Source of the DNA: a virus
Lineage: Duplodnaviria; Caudoviricetes
IMG/VR virus record: IMGVR_UViG_3300027659_000039
Coordinates: 1-58,491 of that record
Direction: 5' to 3' (one strand)
Length of the DNA: 58,491 nucleotides
Shown: one piece after another, positions 7,995-17,612 of the stretch
How positions within the stretch are numbered: the first letter of the stretch is position 1
How the letters are laid out: every line of letters begins with the position of its first letter
Program-made: the position numbers and the translations under genes
The notes under the pieces: generated by a model
The model's input: only the letters and a program-made list of their open reading frames with translations
What the model was told of the DNA's origin: nothing
The model's database searches: none

Positions 7995-8970
7995 GTATTG
8001 CTTCTAGTTTTTTCTTTAATAGATTTATTTTTATCTCTCCGTGAACCTTATAGTGTAGTATTGTGGCTAACACATACAAACGTCCGTGTCTTTTTACCGA
8101 ATCAGCCACGTCTTTAATATCTTCACTCCACGGGGGCATACTAACAGACCAGTTGTTTTTTATTGCCGCTTTGAGCATTTTGGCGCCTGGCCTATCTCTA
8201 TCCGGTACTACTATAACTTCTCGTCCTAATGCGTTTAGACGCATAACTTGTACCTCATTAGGTTCATTATGTCCTATAGCACAGCCATCTATAGATATTG
8301 CATCAAATTGTCCTTCTACAACTATAACATACTTTCTGTCATTAGGTTGTGCAGTTAGGTTGAATACATATCCGGGTTGACTATGTGCTAGGTATTTTGG
8401 CTTACCTTCTGTTATTTTACGCCCTGTAAATCCCACTATTTTGTTATCTTGGTAGTATGGTATAATAACACGATCTCTATATCCGGGTTCGGGAGACCAC
8501 ATCCAATCATACCAACTTAGGTCCATTTTACGTCCTAATACATATTCTACAACTTTGATAAATTCTTCTTCAGGATCGGGTATGTCTGTGAACTTTTTAC
8601 AATCTTTTGGTAACTCAACTTCTTTAAGTTCGAAGTTAAATTCTTTTTTGTCAGTAGGTTGATCTTCTTGTTCTTTAAGTGCGGCTAGTGATAATTTTTG
8701 CACTTCGCTATCAGGTATGCCAAACCAGTTAAACAGAGTTTTGGTGTTCTTGCTTAACAGCTTACCCTTGCTCCATCCAGCTTTATATCCGCAATTAAAA
8801 CAATGGTATATAAACCCGTCAGCAGTTAGCATTATACCACCGCGCTTGCGATCATCACGTCGATCACCTCTATGATGACAACAGGGCGCATTGAAGCTGT
8901 CCCAACCGCTAGGAGTTTTCTTGCGATTTGGAGGTAAGACGGCTAGTAAGGCATTCTGTATGAGGCTCAT
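7987..8970 (-). CDS. DNA primase (zinc-binding plus TOPRIM)
   Basis: APCC...YHCFNCG zinc finger; VVEGQFDA and VPDRD TOPRIM motifs; adjacent to helicase. Confidence 0.88.
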   Translation of the reverse strand: MSLIQNALLAVLPPNRKKTPSGWDSFNAPCCHHRGDRRDDRKRGGIMLTADGFIYHCFNCGYKAGWSKGKLLSKNTKTLFNWFGIPDSEVQKLSLAALKEQEDQPTDKKEFNFELKEVELPKDCKKFTDIPDPEEEFIKVVEYVLGRKMDLSWYDWMWSPEPGYRDRVIIPYYQDNKIVGFTGRKITEGKPKYLAHSQPGYVFNLTAQPNDRKYVIVVEGQFDAISIDGCAIGHNEPNEVQVMRLNALGREVIVVPDRDRPGAKMLKAAIKNNWSVSMPPWSEDIKDVADSVKRHGRLYVLATILHYKVHGEIKINLLKKKLEAIHE

Positions 8971-8976
8971 ACAGTT

Positions 8977-9005
8977 AGTTTAACTTCTATACAGGAGTTT
9001 GTCAA
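8977..9005 (-). promoter_or_regulatory. sigma70-type promoter for primase/helicase
   Basis: TTGACA, 17 bp, TAAACT, 6 nt upstream of ATG; embedded in the 3' end of the upstream gene. Confidence 0.7.
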
Positions 9006-9819
9006 ATGTTCCGGCGTAGGCAGTATCGTTATTCTGCTGTGTAATTGGGTTTTTACTAGGAATGTATCTAATTCTAACATTCGAAAAGACACCGTTAAAG
9101 TTAACATAATCTACGCCAGTATACCCTGTATAACTTTTGGTAGATAATGTAGCATAGTTGCTAAAACTACCCGGACTATTTTCCAGTGTACCTTCTACAA
9201 TTACTTGTCCTTTGTATCCGGATAGATAGAAGGCCATTGTATGTAGGGCTGAGTTAGAATTGTATTCTGGTTGTGCTTTTAGATTGCCGCTATAGTATTC
9301 ATACTGTTGTGCTTCGAGGTCATAGTTATATTGTGGCTGGAACGATGTAACCTCAGTACTAGATTGTAGCACAGGACTGATATCTTCTAATAGTTCTAAA
9401 GTACCGCTAATTCCATAATAGGTATTAGAATAGGCTAGATCATAGGTACCAACATCGTTTAATTTTTTGATGCTAAACTTGTAAAACCCCTTATCTAAAT
9501 CTAACGTATCACTCTCAGATAAGGTAAGTAAACCAAGTCCCCTAGTACTAGTGGTTGCTCCATTATCTAGGATTTCTATAGATTTTTCTACCAGTTGTCT
9601 GCGGTTAGTTGCGTCAAACATGCTAAACACAAAAGTGCTAGTCGAAACGGGTAACAATTTTTGATCACTGTTTTTGAATTGAAATTGTATCTTATTTTGC
9701 AATCCCTTTTGTATTTTTAACTCGCGCTGGTACATAATATTATAGGTCCTTGTATTTTGATCCAAATCCAATATTACGGTGAATAAATTGGTGTATAAAT
9801 AGATTGGGCACTTTTGCAT
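8980..9819 (-). CDS. hypothetical protein, possibly virion-associated
   Basis: 279-aa beta-rich ORF; TAAATA at 9826-9831. Confidence 0.7.
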   Translation of the reverse strand: MQKCPIYLYTNLFTVILDLDQNTRTYNIMYQRELKIQKGLQNKIQFQFKNSDQKLLPVSTSTFVFSMFDATNRRQLVEKSIEILDNGATTSTRGLGLLTLSESDTLDLDKGFYKFSIKKLNDVGTYDLAYSNTYYGISGTLELLEDISPVLQSSTEVTSFQPQYNYDLEAQQYEYYSGNLKAQPEYNSNSALHTMAFYLSGYKGQVIVEGTLENSPGSFSNYATLSTKSYTGYTGVDYVNFNGVFSNVRIRYIPSKNPITQQNNDTAYAGTFDKLLYRS

Positions 9820-9842
9820 AATGTGTATTTATTTTTTAAACG

Positions 9843-10226
9843 ATGGTTACAAAAAACAGCTTTCTAAACGATTTTCCTTTTATAACATGTATCAAATCTA
9901 ATGATATTGAATATGTAGGAATTGTCATTAATTTCGACGATTACGTCACCAGTATATATGATCTTGGATCTATTAAAACAGATGACGAACGCAAACACTT
10001 TCTAAATCTGGGGGAAAGTTGGTGGTGGGAAAGTAATCGCAAAATCCCTATTAATATTTTCTTAAAGGTTGAAATGCTGATGTTTAAACCATGCATTAAA
10101 ACCTTTAATAGAAAAGATGTAGAGATAGTATTTGGACCAACTGTAAATCTTGGCGATATAGCTGAAAAAAGAATTAAACGTAAGAGCATACAGCTGATTA
10201 GAAGTACTAAGAAAACCCGTAACTAA
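9843..10226 (+). CDS. hypothetical protein (WWWESNR motif)
   Basis: 127-aa ORF; TATAAATA on + at 9794-9801. Confidence 0.7.
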   Translation: MVTKNSFLNDFPFITCIKSNDIEYVGIVINFDDYVTSIYDLGSIKTDDERKHFLNLGESWWWESNRKIPINIFLKVEMLMFKPCIKTFNRKDVEIVFGPTVNLGDIAEKRIKRKSIQLIRSTKKTRN

Positions 10227-10788
10227 TCTTTTCACAAATAAAATTCATCTGTACAACAATCGCTAGTGCATACGCGGTTGCATGACTTTTCTTAAAAAAG
10301 TATTCATCATTCTCTGGCCTGGTCCATACCTCTGCCATAACCGTAGGCCATTCTTGCCCAATTAGATAACGCTTTGCAGGTCGAATCATTGCTAGTACTG
10401 CGGCTAACTGTTCTACACTCCTTGGTTTCATTTCTTTTAGGATAGACCCGTGTCCGTTTACGTGAAATAGTAAGTTGCTGAAATCAGTTTGCTCTAGTAG
10501 ATCCCATAATGGTTCTTGATTCATTAATTGAATTAACTGTTCTTCATTACGTATGTCTTTGTACACGCCTGCATTTAAAAAATCTATTTTAAAGTAACCT
10601 CGATCCTCTGCGGCTTTGTAATCAATTGTGCTTAATCCTGTTAGTGGATTGTACGGTACAGAAGTACAATATACTCCAGAATTGTGTTTTTTAAAAGCTC
10701 CATTATCGTCTTTCATAGACGCAGGTATATGATCAATAATCTCGAGTATTGTTGTTCTATCTGCAAAATCGATGTCAATATCGGGCAT
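10207..10788 (-). CDS. dnaE: minimal DNA polymerase III alpha (DnaE)-like protein
   Basis: Family C motifs in order: PDIDIDF, HNSGV, KIDFL, LAMIRP, FKKSHATAYA; only 193 aa. Confidence 0.8.
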   Translation of the reverse strand: MPDIDIDFADRTTILEIIDHIPASMKDDNGAFKKHNSGVYCTSVPYNPLTGLSTIDYKAAEDRGYFKIDFLNAGVYKDIRNEEQLIQLMNQEPLWDLLEQTDFSNLLFHVNGHGSILKEMKPRSVEQLAAVLAMIRPAKRYLIGQEWPTVMAEVWTRPENDEYFFKKSHATAYALAIVVQMNFICEKISYGFS

Positions 10789-11174
10789 TATAATTCTCCA
10801 CTTTCTGCTAATTTCAATATAAGGCTATAATGTTCGTAGGCCTTCTTCACTGCCGGGTAGTTGTCTCGTAATCTTTTTTCTTTATACTTTTGTTCCATCA
10901 TAACTTCAAACATTTGATAATGGTGTGCCCCATTTTGTTTCATATTGTTAAACACTTGATCTTCAAATTCTTTAATACGTTCTAACTCACTTAGCGGTAT
11001 CTCTATCGTGTACAGTGGTTCGGTTTCATAATTAAGGCGGGGGTCTTGAATTAGATTATAATCATCGGGATCGCTAAAATACTGACGGTTGATAGGTCTA
11101 TATCTTGCAAATCTTTTATTGGTATTAACAACAGTGATATTATGTTTTTGGCAAAATACTTTCATATTATTCAT
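10788..11174 (-). CDS. hypothetical protein
   Basis: 128-aa ORF, TAATG-coupled to the DnaE-like gene. Confidence 0.7.
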   Translation of the reverse strand: MNNMKVFCQKHNITVVNTNKRFARYRPINRQYFSDPDDYNLIQDPRLNYETEPLYTIEIPLSELERIKEFEDQVFNNMKQNGAHHYQMFEVMMEQKYKEKRLRDNYPAVKKAYEHYSLILKLAESGEL

Positions 11175-11358
11175 CTGCCCACCTTAATATAAACATTAGA
11201 TGATCTCGTTTGTCAAAGAAAAAAAGTTTAGGGTGTCGGTAGAACCAACGCTCTCCAGTAGGTGAGCCAAGTCGTTCCTGTAACCAATTGTGCATCTCTG
11301 TAGTCATGCCGTAACGACTTAGTTCAACAACATTGTAATCGTATTCTAGTACTATCAT
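11167..11358 (-). CDS. small hypothetical protein (MFILRW family)
   Basis: Ends RDHLMFILRWADE; start 11358 or 11364. Confidence 0.7.
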   Translation of the reverse strand: MIVLEYDYNVVELSRYGMTTEMHNWLQERLGSPTGERWFYRHPKLFFFDKRDHLMFILRWADE

Positions 11359-11600
11359 AACCATCTTAAAATAAACATGCTGGCATCTTTTTTATTTTCA
11401 AATATAAAATCTCTACTATGCCATTCGTAAGAACCTTTACAGTTATCATTAAGCCATGTATTAATTCCTAAATGATAGTTACCTGGTATCATAACACGAG
11501 TCCACCCTATAGATTTGAGCATACCCCAAAGTATTTCGCGGTCAATTTCTCCCTGCATCTGCATAGACATTTTGTGGGCAATTTCTTCTTCTAATGTCAT
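11355..11600 (-). CDS. small hypothetical protein (MFILRW family)
   Basis: Ends KDASMFILRWL; start 11600 or 11612. Confidence 0.7.
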   Translation of the reverse strand: MTLEEEIAHKMSMQMQGEIDREILWGMLKSIGWTRVMIPGNYHLGINTWLNDNCKGSYEWHSRDFIFENKKDASMFILRWL

Positions 11601-11601
11601 A

Positions 11602-11823
11602 TTATGATCCATATTTTAATATAAACATAGTAGCATGTTTGTCAACATAAAACGTAAACACTGTATGTTGTGGTACAACTGCTTCATAACTAAAATTATC
11701 CCATTTAGTTTGAATATACGCAAAGTCAAAATCTTTTCCTTGAACTAGTCCCTGTGCTCTAAGTTCTCCAACAAGTTCCATAACGTAATTAGGGCTAAGA
11801 GACATGAGTTTGACTTCAACCAT
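11602..11823 (-). CDS. small hypothetical protein (MFILRW family)
   Basis: Ends KHATMFILKYGS. Confidence 0.7.
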   Translation of the reverse strand: MVEVKLMSLSPNYVMELVGELRAQGLVQGKDFDFAYIQTKWDNFSYEAVVPQHTVFTFYVDKHATMFILKYGS

Positions 11824-11824
11824 G

Positions 11825-12520
11825 TTATCTTATATCTGTTTCTTTAAGTATTTCCGCCACCAATGCGGCATCTGCCGGATGCTGTTTAAATTTCTTAACC
11901 CAAAATTGTATGTCGAATGCAGGTGCAATCATTTCTAATTGTTCGTCATTCATATTACCGATCATCTTTTTCCCACCCGAGCAATTAAGTATAACCCATG
12001 CACTAATCTTTCCGTTCTTTATATCGTGTACTGCTTTATTAAGATTTACGTATTCGAAATAATGATTAAATTGTGCCTGACTATAATCGCCCCATTCCAT
12101 CATAGTTGTCAATGTTCTCTGCACCGCAGATTCGACCGGTTCAAGTTTAAGCATTTCGTATAGATAGGTTTCGTATAGCTCATCTCTACACCAATGATCT
12201 AGTTTAACTCCGCTCTTAATTACAAAATCTATAAACTTTTCTGGATATATCGGCATTACATTGTTAACAAAACTTCCAAATTTTACAAAAGCATTGTAGT
12301 ATGCACTCTTACAAAATTCTTCATAGGTCTTAGACTTTTTAGCATTTTGTGTTAGCTGATAGAACCTATTAAACGCTATTAATCCTGCCTGAACACGCTT
12401 CTCGTCTTTTTGCATGGCACGCCGTTTGTTTTCGCACATATGAGCATACAAGGTCTTTTCCTTCATAAAGGCCTTGGTACAATGTACACAAATAAATGGT
12501 TGGTCAGCTAATGCTATCAT
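11825..12520 (-). CDS. hypothetical protein with N-terminal C2H2-like zinc finger
   Basis: FICVHCTKAF...LYAHMC; start moved to 12520 (TAATG coupling). Confidence 0.75.
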   Translation of the reverse strand: MIALADQPFICVHCTKAFMKEKTLYAHMCENKRRAMQKDEKRVQAGLIAFNRFYQLTQNAKKSKTYEEFCKSAYYNAFVKFGSFVNNVMPIYPEKFIDFVIKSGVKLDHWCRDELYETYLYEMLKLEPVESAVQRTLTTMMEWGDYSQAQFNHYFEYVNLNKAVHDIKNGKISAWVILNCSGGKKMIGNMNDEQLEMIAPAFDIQFWVKKFKQHPADAALVAEILKETDIR

Positions 12521-12960
12521 TATGCTTTTTGATATGTTTGTTGAAAAATATCTTTCTTTACTACACCGTAGTCGTTGGATCCGTGGCGTACAATAAAATC
12601 TTCTCCCGGATTGTAGTGTAACTTCTCGCCCCAACTAGTGTCCACCGTTCCGGAGTGATCAGCAAGTTTTGCCACCTTAATAATCTTCTTAGGGGTACAA
12701 ACACCGTGCCCATGATCGTCTTTAAGTTCTGCAAACTTCTCCGGAGGAATAGGATACTGCTCACCTTTTGGGCCAGTTAGTATATAATAGCCTGCCTTGT
12801 AATTAACTGGACCTTCTAAAGTTTTAATCTGTCCGTCTTGAGAAGCAATCTCATATTTTTCTTTGGCAGGACGTTTGTAAGTTTTAAATCCGTCTTTAAA
12901 CCAGTCATCTGTAATACCAACACCTTCAACAATGTTGATAAATTTTCTAACATCACTCAT
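12520..12960 (-). CDS. PGDYG-like two-repeat protein
   Basis: Internal repeat IKTLEG...GYYILTGPKGEQYPI...F / VDTSWG...GEDFIVRHG..DYGVV...FQQTY; start moved to 12960. Confidence 0.65.
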   Translation of the reverse strand: MSDVRKFINIVEGVGITDDWFKDGFKTYKRPAKEKYEIASQDGQIKTLEGPVNYKAGYYILTGPKGEQYPIPPEKFAELKDDHGHGVCTPKKIIKVAKLADHSGTVDTSWGEKLHYNPGEDFIVRHGSNDYGVVKKDIFQQTYQKA

Positions 12961-13417
12961 AGTCTTTCCTTTGCTTTTTATCAAATCCCATTTTGTCAAA
13001 TAACTCTTCAATGTCTTTTTTATCCATTATAGATGCCAATAACTTAATCTCATCCATCTTTTTTGCAGGATATAATTCGGCCAATAATTTTTCAATCTTG
13101 TGTGCTTTTTCTTTTTTCCCTGCGGCAAGATATGGATGATATGCACTAACACCGGTACCAATCCCTGCAAATAACTTCCACAATAGTTCTTTGTGATTTT
13201 TGCTCAATGTCCAGTGATTTTTATTAACTAACTCGTTGGTCATTTCTAAAAACCATTCTTGTGTATCTCTGTCACCTTGTACACTTGCTGAATACCTCAT
13301 TAAAATAAAAGGCGCAAATGCTTTCTTTTCTTCATTAGACAGCTTTTCGTAGAACTCATAATTTTTTTGATCTACAGCGTTGAGTTCTCGTTTAATATCA
13401 AGTTTTGCGGTTGCCAT
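12953..13417 (-). CDS. putative clamp-loader small subunit (T4 gp62-like)
   Basis: Helical 154-aa protein, KKAFAPFILMRY..S pattern; replication context. Confidence 0.55.
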   Translation of the reverse strand: MATAKLDIKRELNAVDQKNYEFYEKLSNEEKKAFAPFILMRYSASVQGDRDTQEWFLEMTNELVNKNHWTLSKNHKELLWKLFAGIGTGVSAYHPYLAAGKKEKAHKIEKLLAELYPAKKMDEIKLLASIMDKKDIEELFDKMGFDKKQRKDYE

Positions 13418-13712
13418 ATTTTTTTTCGTAATCTTTAGTTAGGTAATATGTAACTTTAACACGATTCAATGCTTCTTGTAAAGTAGGATTGGTTTTTGCT
13501 TCTTGCCGAATATCGCCCCAAAGTTTACTGTCCATTATGTGATCATGTAGTGGCCTGCCGTCAGCGGTACGGGGATCAAAGTTTGGATCATCTTTTTTAT
13601 AATCCCAACCAACTGCTTGTCTAGTACTGGGATCTGCTCCAAATTCTCTAGAGTAAACTACATTGTCTACACGTTCGTGTATGTACGTGGCACCAGGTTT
13701 AAGAGTTCCCAT
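13398..13712 (-). CDS. hypothetical protein
   Basis: ORF within the coupled - strand operon; start 13712 or 13724. Confidence 0.7.
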   Translation of the reverse strand: MGTLKPGATYIHERVDNVVYSREFGADPSTRQAVGWDYKKDDPNFDPRTADGRPLHDHIMDSKLWGDIRQEAKTNPTLQEALNRVKVTYYLTKDYEKKYGNRKT

Positions 13713-13714
13713 AC

Positions 13715-14218
13715 TTACCAACACCTGGTGTAATCTACTAGCTCACTTTGTCTACTAACTTCTTTGACAAAGTAAGCACAAAGCGGATCTTCGCCTGCAT
13801 GTAACGGAGTACATAAAAGTTGTCCAGGACGCATCTTAGGAAAATACCACTTAACATCTTGATAGACATTTATAATATCTATATCGTGGAATTCTGGTCT
13901 AAAACTTCCTAATGGGTTAAAGCAATATGCACGGAATCCTCTATCATTAAGACTAGTAATAGGTAACACCTCCATATCGGGGCCTTCTGGGTCTCCAACA
14001 ATGCAACACCAATCTAATGGCATTGTAATTTCATAAGGCCCGATTTTTAGTACCACTGCTGGGCCAGTAAAACTTTCCAGGAAAATTAATGGTATAAAGA
14101 AGTAATCGGGGTTACTACTGTCGCTGTTATCAAGTACAGCGAATCTTAAATCATCTTCGATTTCCTCTGGAAGGTCGTTAAGATAAAATGTTTTATTTTC
14201 TAGTGTTAATATTTGCAT
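13715..14218 (-). CDS. hypothetical protein (possible degenerate Hint fold)
   Basis: 167-aa ORF TAATG-coupled to uvsW. Confidence 0.7.
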   Translation of the reverse strand: MQILTLENKTFYLNDLPEEIEDDLRFAVLDNSDSSNPDYFFIPLIFLESFTGPAVVLKIGPYEITMPLDWCCIVGDPEGPDMEVLPITSLNDRGFRAYCFNPLGSFRPEFHDIDIINVYQDVKWYFPKMRPGQLLCTPLHAGEDPLCAYFVKEVSRQSELVDYTRCW

Positions 14219-15681
14219 TATTGGTATTTTACTTTCTCTATAGTGAATCGGTATTGTGCTTCCTTATAGAATTTCTTTCGTTCAGTTAAGTGTTTTTTAG
14301 CATATTTTGTTGAGGCTGTCAAGTCCCAGATTTGTACGAAGTCCTTATCCTCCGCCTTTCGAATACCGCGCCCAATTGATTGTATAACGCGAGTAAAGCT
14401 CTTTCCGGGCTCAAGAAGAACCAGATTAAAAATCCTTGGGATATTAATGCCAACAGCGGCCACACCATAAGTCGCCACAATAATCTTGTTAGTGCTTGTT
14501 TTAATTTCATCATATTCTTCTTTTCTATCTTTTGTTTTCACTGCGCCGGAAATGAAGACTGCATCTTCTAATTTTTCTGTTAAGAATTTTCCAGATTCAA
14601 TTCTATCTACCAATACTAGAGTGTTTCCGCTTTCAGAAATTCCTTGAATTAAACTGCCAATATATGACATCCGTGTTTCGTCTGTTACAAGATATTTTAA
14701 CTCTTCTGGGTAACTTCCGAATTCTTTCCATTCAGCTGTTTGTATCACTTGTACGTGGCATCCGCTTAATACACCTTTTTCTTGTAACTCGTGTGCCGCA
14801 ACGCGATGAACTACTTCTCCTAGGCTTGCTTTTAAACTTTGGAACTCAAAATCTTGTTTTGGCACAGTCCCTGTTAATCCCCAACGGATAGGTGCATTAG
14901 CTAAATTTCTTGTCAACAAATTTTTAAGAACTTCGGCTTTAGCCATATGTACTTCGTCAACCATAACTGTTTGAACACCGTCAAGGAATTCTGCAAGAGT
15001 TAAAATATCGGAATCTTCATCCCGATTTTTGGATTTTTTGTCTAAGATATTGAGACTTTGCCAGGTACAAATTGTATGTGTTTTATTAAGATCTTTTCGG
15101 TCGCCGTAGTAAACCCCAACATCTAATTGACAATTGATAAAGTCTTCTTCGGTTTGTTCTACTAAACTTTTATTAGGAACAATGGTTATTGTTCGACCAT
15201 ATTTTTCACAAATTTTTGCCAAAGTTGCAGTGGTTATGGTCTTACCGAACCCTGTGGCAATTTCTTGTATGCATTGGGGATTAGCTAAGAATTTGTTAAT
15301 AACTTCAACTTGGTCATCACGTAGTCTAATCTTTTCGCCTGCATATCGATGACCCTCGGGCCATGTTGCATCACCCCAAAAATCCTCAAAAATCTGAGAA
15401 AATTCCAAGTTTGAATGAGTACGCAAATCTTCAACCTCAATATAATAATTTTTTTGTTCTAGATATTCTAGTACCTGATCAAGCATTGAAAGATATGTTG
15501 TTCCGCCTAATCCAAAAAATGGAATAGTTCCATCCCATCGACCTAATTTATACGCAGGCCGGTATCTTGCGGTGGGGTCTTCATACTTAAACTTTTTAAC
15601 CAGAGCCTTACGTGTGTCAAGATCTAAATTTTCTATCTTAACATTTACTTCATCGCGGATAATAACTTTACACGTTGGCAA
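14218..15681 (-). CDS. uvsW: UvsW-like superfamily 2 DNA helicase
   Basis: ATGFGKT, DEVH, GLTGT, QSIGRGIR motifs; T4-like N-terminal WDG motif. Confidence 0.9.
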   Translation of the reverse strand: MPTCKVIIRDEVNVKIENLDLDTRKALVKKFKYEDPTARYRPAYKLGRWDGTIPFFGLGGTTYLSMLDQVLEYLEQKNYYIEVEDLRTHSNLEFSQIFEDFWGDATWPEGHRYAGEKIRLRDDQVEVINKFLANPQCIQEIATGFGKTITTATLAKICEKYGRTITIVPNKSLVEQTEEDFINCQLDVGVYYGDRKDLNKTHTICTWQSLNILDKKSKNRDEDSDILTLAEFLDGVQTVMVDEVHMAKAEVLKNLLTRNLANAPIRWGLTGTVPKQDFEFQSLKASLGEVVHRVAAHELQEKGVLSGCHVQVIQTAEWKEFGSYPEELKYLVTDETRMSYIGSLIQGISESGNTLVLVDRIESGKFLTEKLEDAVFISGAVKTKDRKEEYDEIKTSTNKIIVATYGVAAVGINIPRIFNLVLLEPGKSFTRVIQSIGRGIRKAEDKDFVQIWDLTASTKYAKKHLTERKKFYKEAQYRFTIEKVKYQ

Positions 15682-16897
15682 TTGTTTTCCTTACTTTGTA
15701 ATTAATCACACAATGGTGATTTTTTACTAAATTTTTCTGTGTGTAATGAGCTGCCTCATCACCTAAGTTTATTATAACATCAATTTCTCTATTATAGTTA
15801 ATTAAAGTCTTAGGAATTTTGCCACTTAAGAATACTATCTTAATTTTTTCATCCAATGGATTATTCAGTTGAAACATCTTAACAAATTCATTAAAATCTT
15901 TTCCTTTATCATTGTCCAATCTAAAAAGTACGGTCATCTGTTCTTTAGAAATTCCAATATCATTTAGGAATTTGTAGCAGTATTTTAGATTTAATATCTC
16001 ACTACCACCGGGAATTAAAAATAAACAAAAATTATGATACTTAATGAAATCTGTTAAGTCATATAATGTATATATGTCGGGGTTGACCACAAACCCTTTT
16101 GAAAGAGGAGTATCTAATACTTGTCTTGTAATAGGATTTATAGAATTAGATGCTATCATCTTCTCAATTGTTTCATCCCACGTGGTAATCCCTTGTTTTT
16201 TTGCCAAAAACAACGTTTCTAAAAGATCTGTGGAAGTTGGTTGGTCTACCTTATGATGAACATTTTGAAATTGAAATTTATCATCATCGAACGTAATCAT
16301 AGGAACATACTGTTCTATGGAATTTTTTATATCTTGTATATCGTTTAATAAATTAACAATTTCTTTCTCAATCTCAAACCCGTTAGGTACCAATACATCG
16401 TTAACCCACCCTAAACATTCTTCCCATATGGGAAATGTCCAGCATCTAAGAGTATCACTCCATGCTGGTTGGTTATCATAGGCTATACTTCTGTTAAGTA
16501 ATTGAGCGTTATCTAATAATTCTTTTTTAAAGTTTCGAATTGACAAAATAATTTCTTCATCATACGGAAAAAATGCGGCCAATTTCCTTTTGTTATCATC
16601 AGTAACGATAAATTTAACAATTTTACTTTTTTCAATTGTTCTTATTGGCAATTTGAATACAGGTTGGTCAGCAAACGGGACTACATCTGTTTTAAGTAGT
16701 ACATTTAATTGTGAACTATATTTTTTAATAAGCCGTTGAGCCAATATTGCTTGTTTTTCTGTAAGACCCAGACCTTTATCTATTTGACTAGAGAAGCTAA
16801 GGACAATTTTTTCATCTGGTGGGGCCATTTGTATTCCAATAGAGAAATAAAAATGACCTCCCCTAGACATAGTATGGATTAGATCTTCGATGAACAT
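15668..16897 (-). CDS. hypothetical protein
   Basis: 409-aa ORF between uvsY and uvsW. Confidence 0.75.
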   Translation of the reverse strand: MFIEDLIHTMSRGGHFYFSIGIQMAPPDEKIVLSFSSQIDKGLGLTEKQAILAQRLIKKYSSQLNVLLKTDVVPFADQPVFKLPIRTIEKSKIVKFIVTDDNKRKLAAFFPYDEEIILSIRNFKKELLDNAQLLNRSIAYDNQPAWSDTLRCWTFPIWEECLGWVNDVLVPNGFEIEKEIVNLLNDIQDIKNSIEQYVPMITFDDDKFQFQNVHHKVDQPTSTDLLETLFLAKKQGITTWDETIEKMIASNSINPITRQVLDTPLSKGFVVNPDIYTLYDLTDFIKYHNFCLFLIPGGSEILNLKYCYKFLNDIGISKEQMTVLFRLDNDKGKDFNEFVKMFQLNNPLDEKIKIVFLSGKIPKTLINYNREIDVIINLGDEAAHYTQKNLVKNHHCVINYKVRKTIANV

Positions 16898-16908
16898 AAC
16901 TTTGCTGA

Positions 16909-17370
16909 TTAAAGACTTGCGTCTTCTAAACCCGAAACTCTAAGTTTAATAATGTTGGATAATTGCCATTGTTTTATATCAAGTCCTTTGACAATCCCCA
17001 ACCATTGGTTGCGTAAGAGTGCAAATTCATTAATAATTTTCTCCATGTCAACTACGTCGGCTTCTCCGTCAACATATTTTTCAACGTCTCTAGAGCTTAG
17101 TGCTCTTTGATAGTTTTCTAGATATTTTTTGAAGGCTTTACTACGAATCCTTCGAAGTTCGATATTGAGATATTCCAACACAGCTTCAATTTCTTGAAGC
17201 TGGTTGAAACGTTGCTCAACGATGCCCGGCAATACGGAACTGGCTTTTTCTATGTTGCCGTAGATTTTGGTCTCTTGTCGTGCAGTAGTAAGTTCAGAGT
17301 AAAAATAGTCAATACATGCTGGTAAATGATTAATATCTTTACTAACTTTAGCATACCAGTGCGACATCAA
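16909..17370 (-). CDS. uvsY: UvsY-like recombination mediator
   Basis: Helical ~150 aa, KYVDGEAD...KGLDIKQWQLSNIIKLR; next to uvsX. Confidence 0.75.
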   Translation of the reverse strand: MMSHWYAKVSKDINHLPACIDYFYSELTTARQETKIYGNIEKASSVLPGIVEQRFNQLQEIEAVLEYLNIELRRIRSKAFKKYLENYQRALSSRDVEKYVDGEADVVDMEKIINEFALLRNQWLGIVKGLDIKQWQLSNIIKLRVSGLEDASL

Positions 17371-17612
17371 TAGTCCTCATCTTCCTCATAATACTCACTA
17401 TCATCAGCATCGGCTACCTCGTCGTCGGCAATGGCTGTTTTAATTGCATCGTCAAGATGGGGATCATATCCAGATAATCCCTCAATCACAGATGTTTCAA
17501 CATCCTTACCTAACAAGAAATCGATAAACTGATTTGCTGCCATTTCTTTATTTTTCTCTGGGATATATTCTCGAAATGTATCCCAAATTTCAATAATTAA
17601 TGTCTCTTCCAT
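17367..17612 (-). CDS. small acidic hypothetical protein
   Basis: Coupled ORF between uvsX and uvsY; D/E-rich tail. Confidence 0.7.
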   Translation of the reverse strand: MEETLIIEIWDTFREYIPEKNKEMAANQFIDFLLGKDVETSVIEGLSGYDPHLDDAIKTAIADDEVADADDSEYYEEDEDY

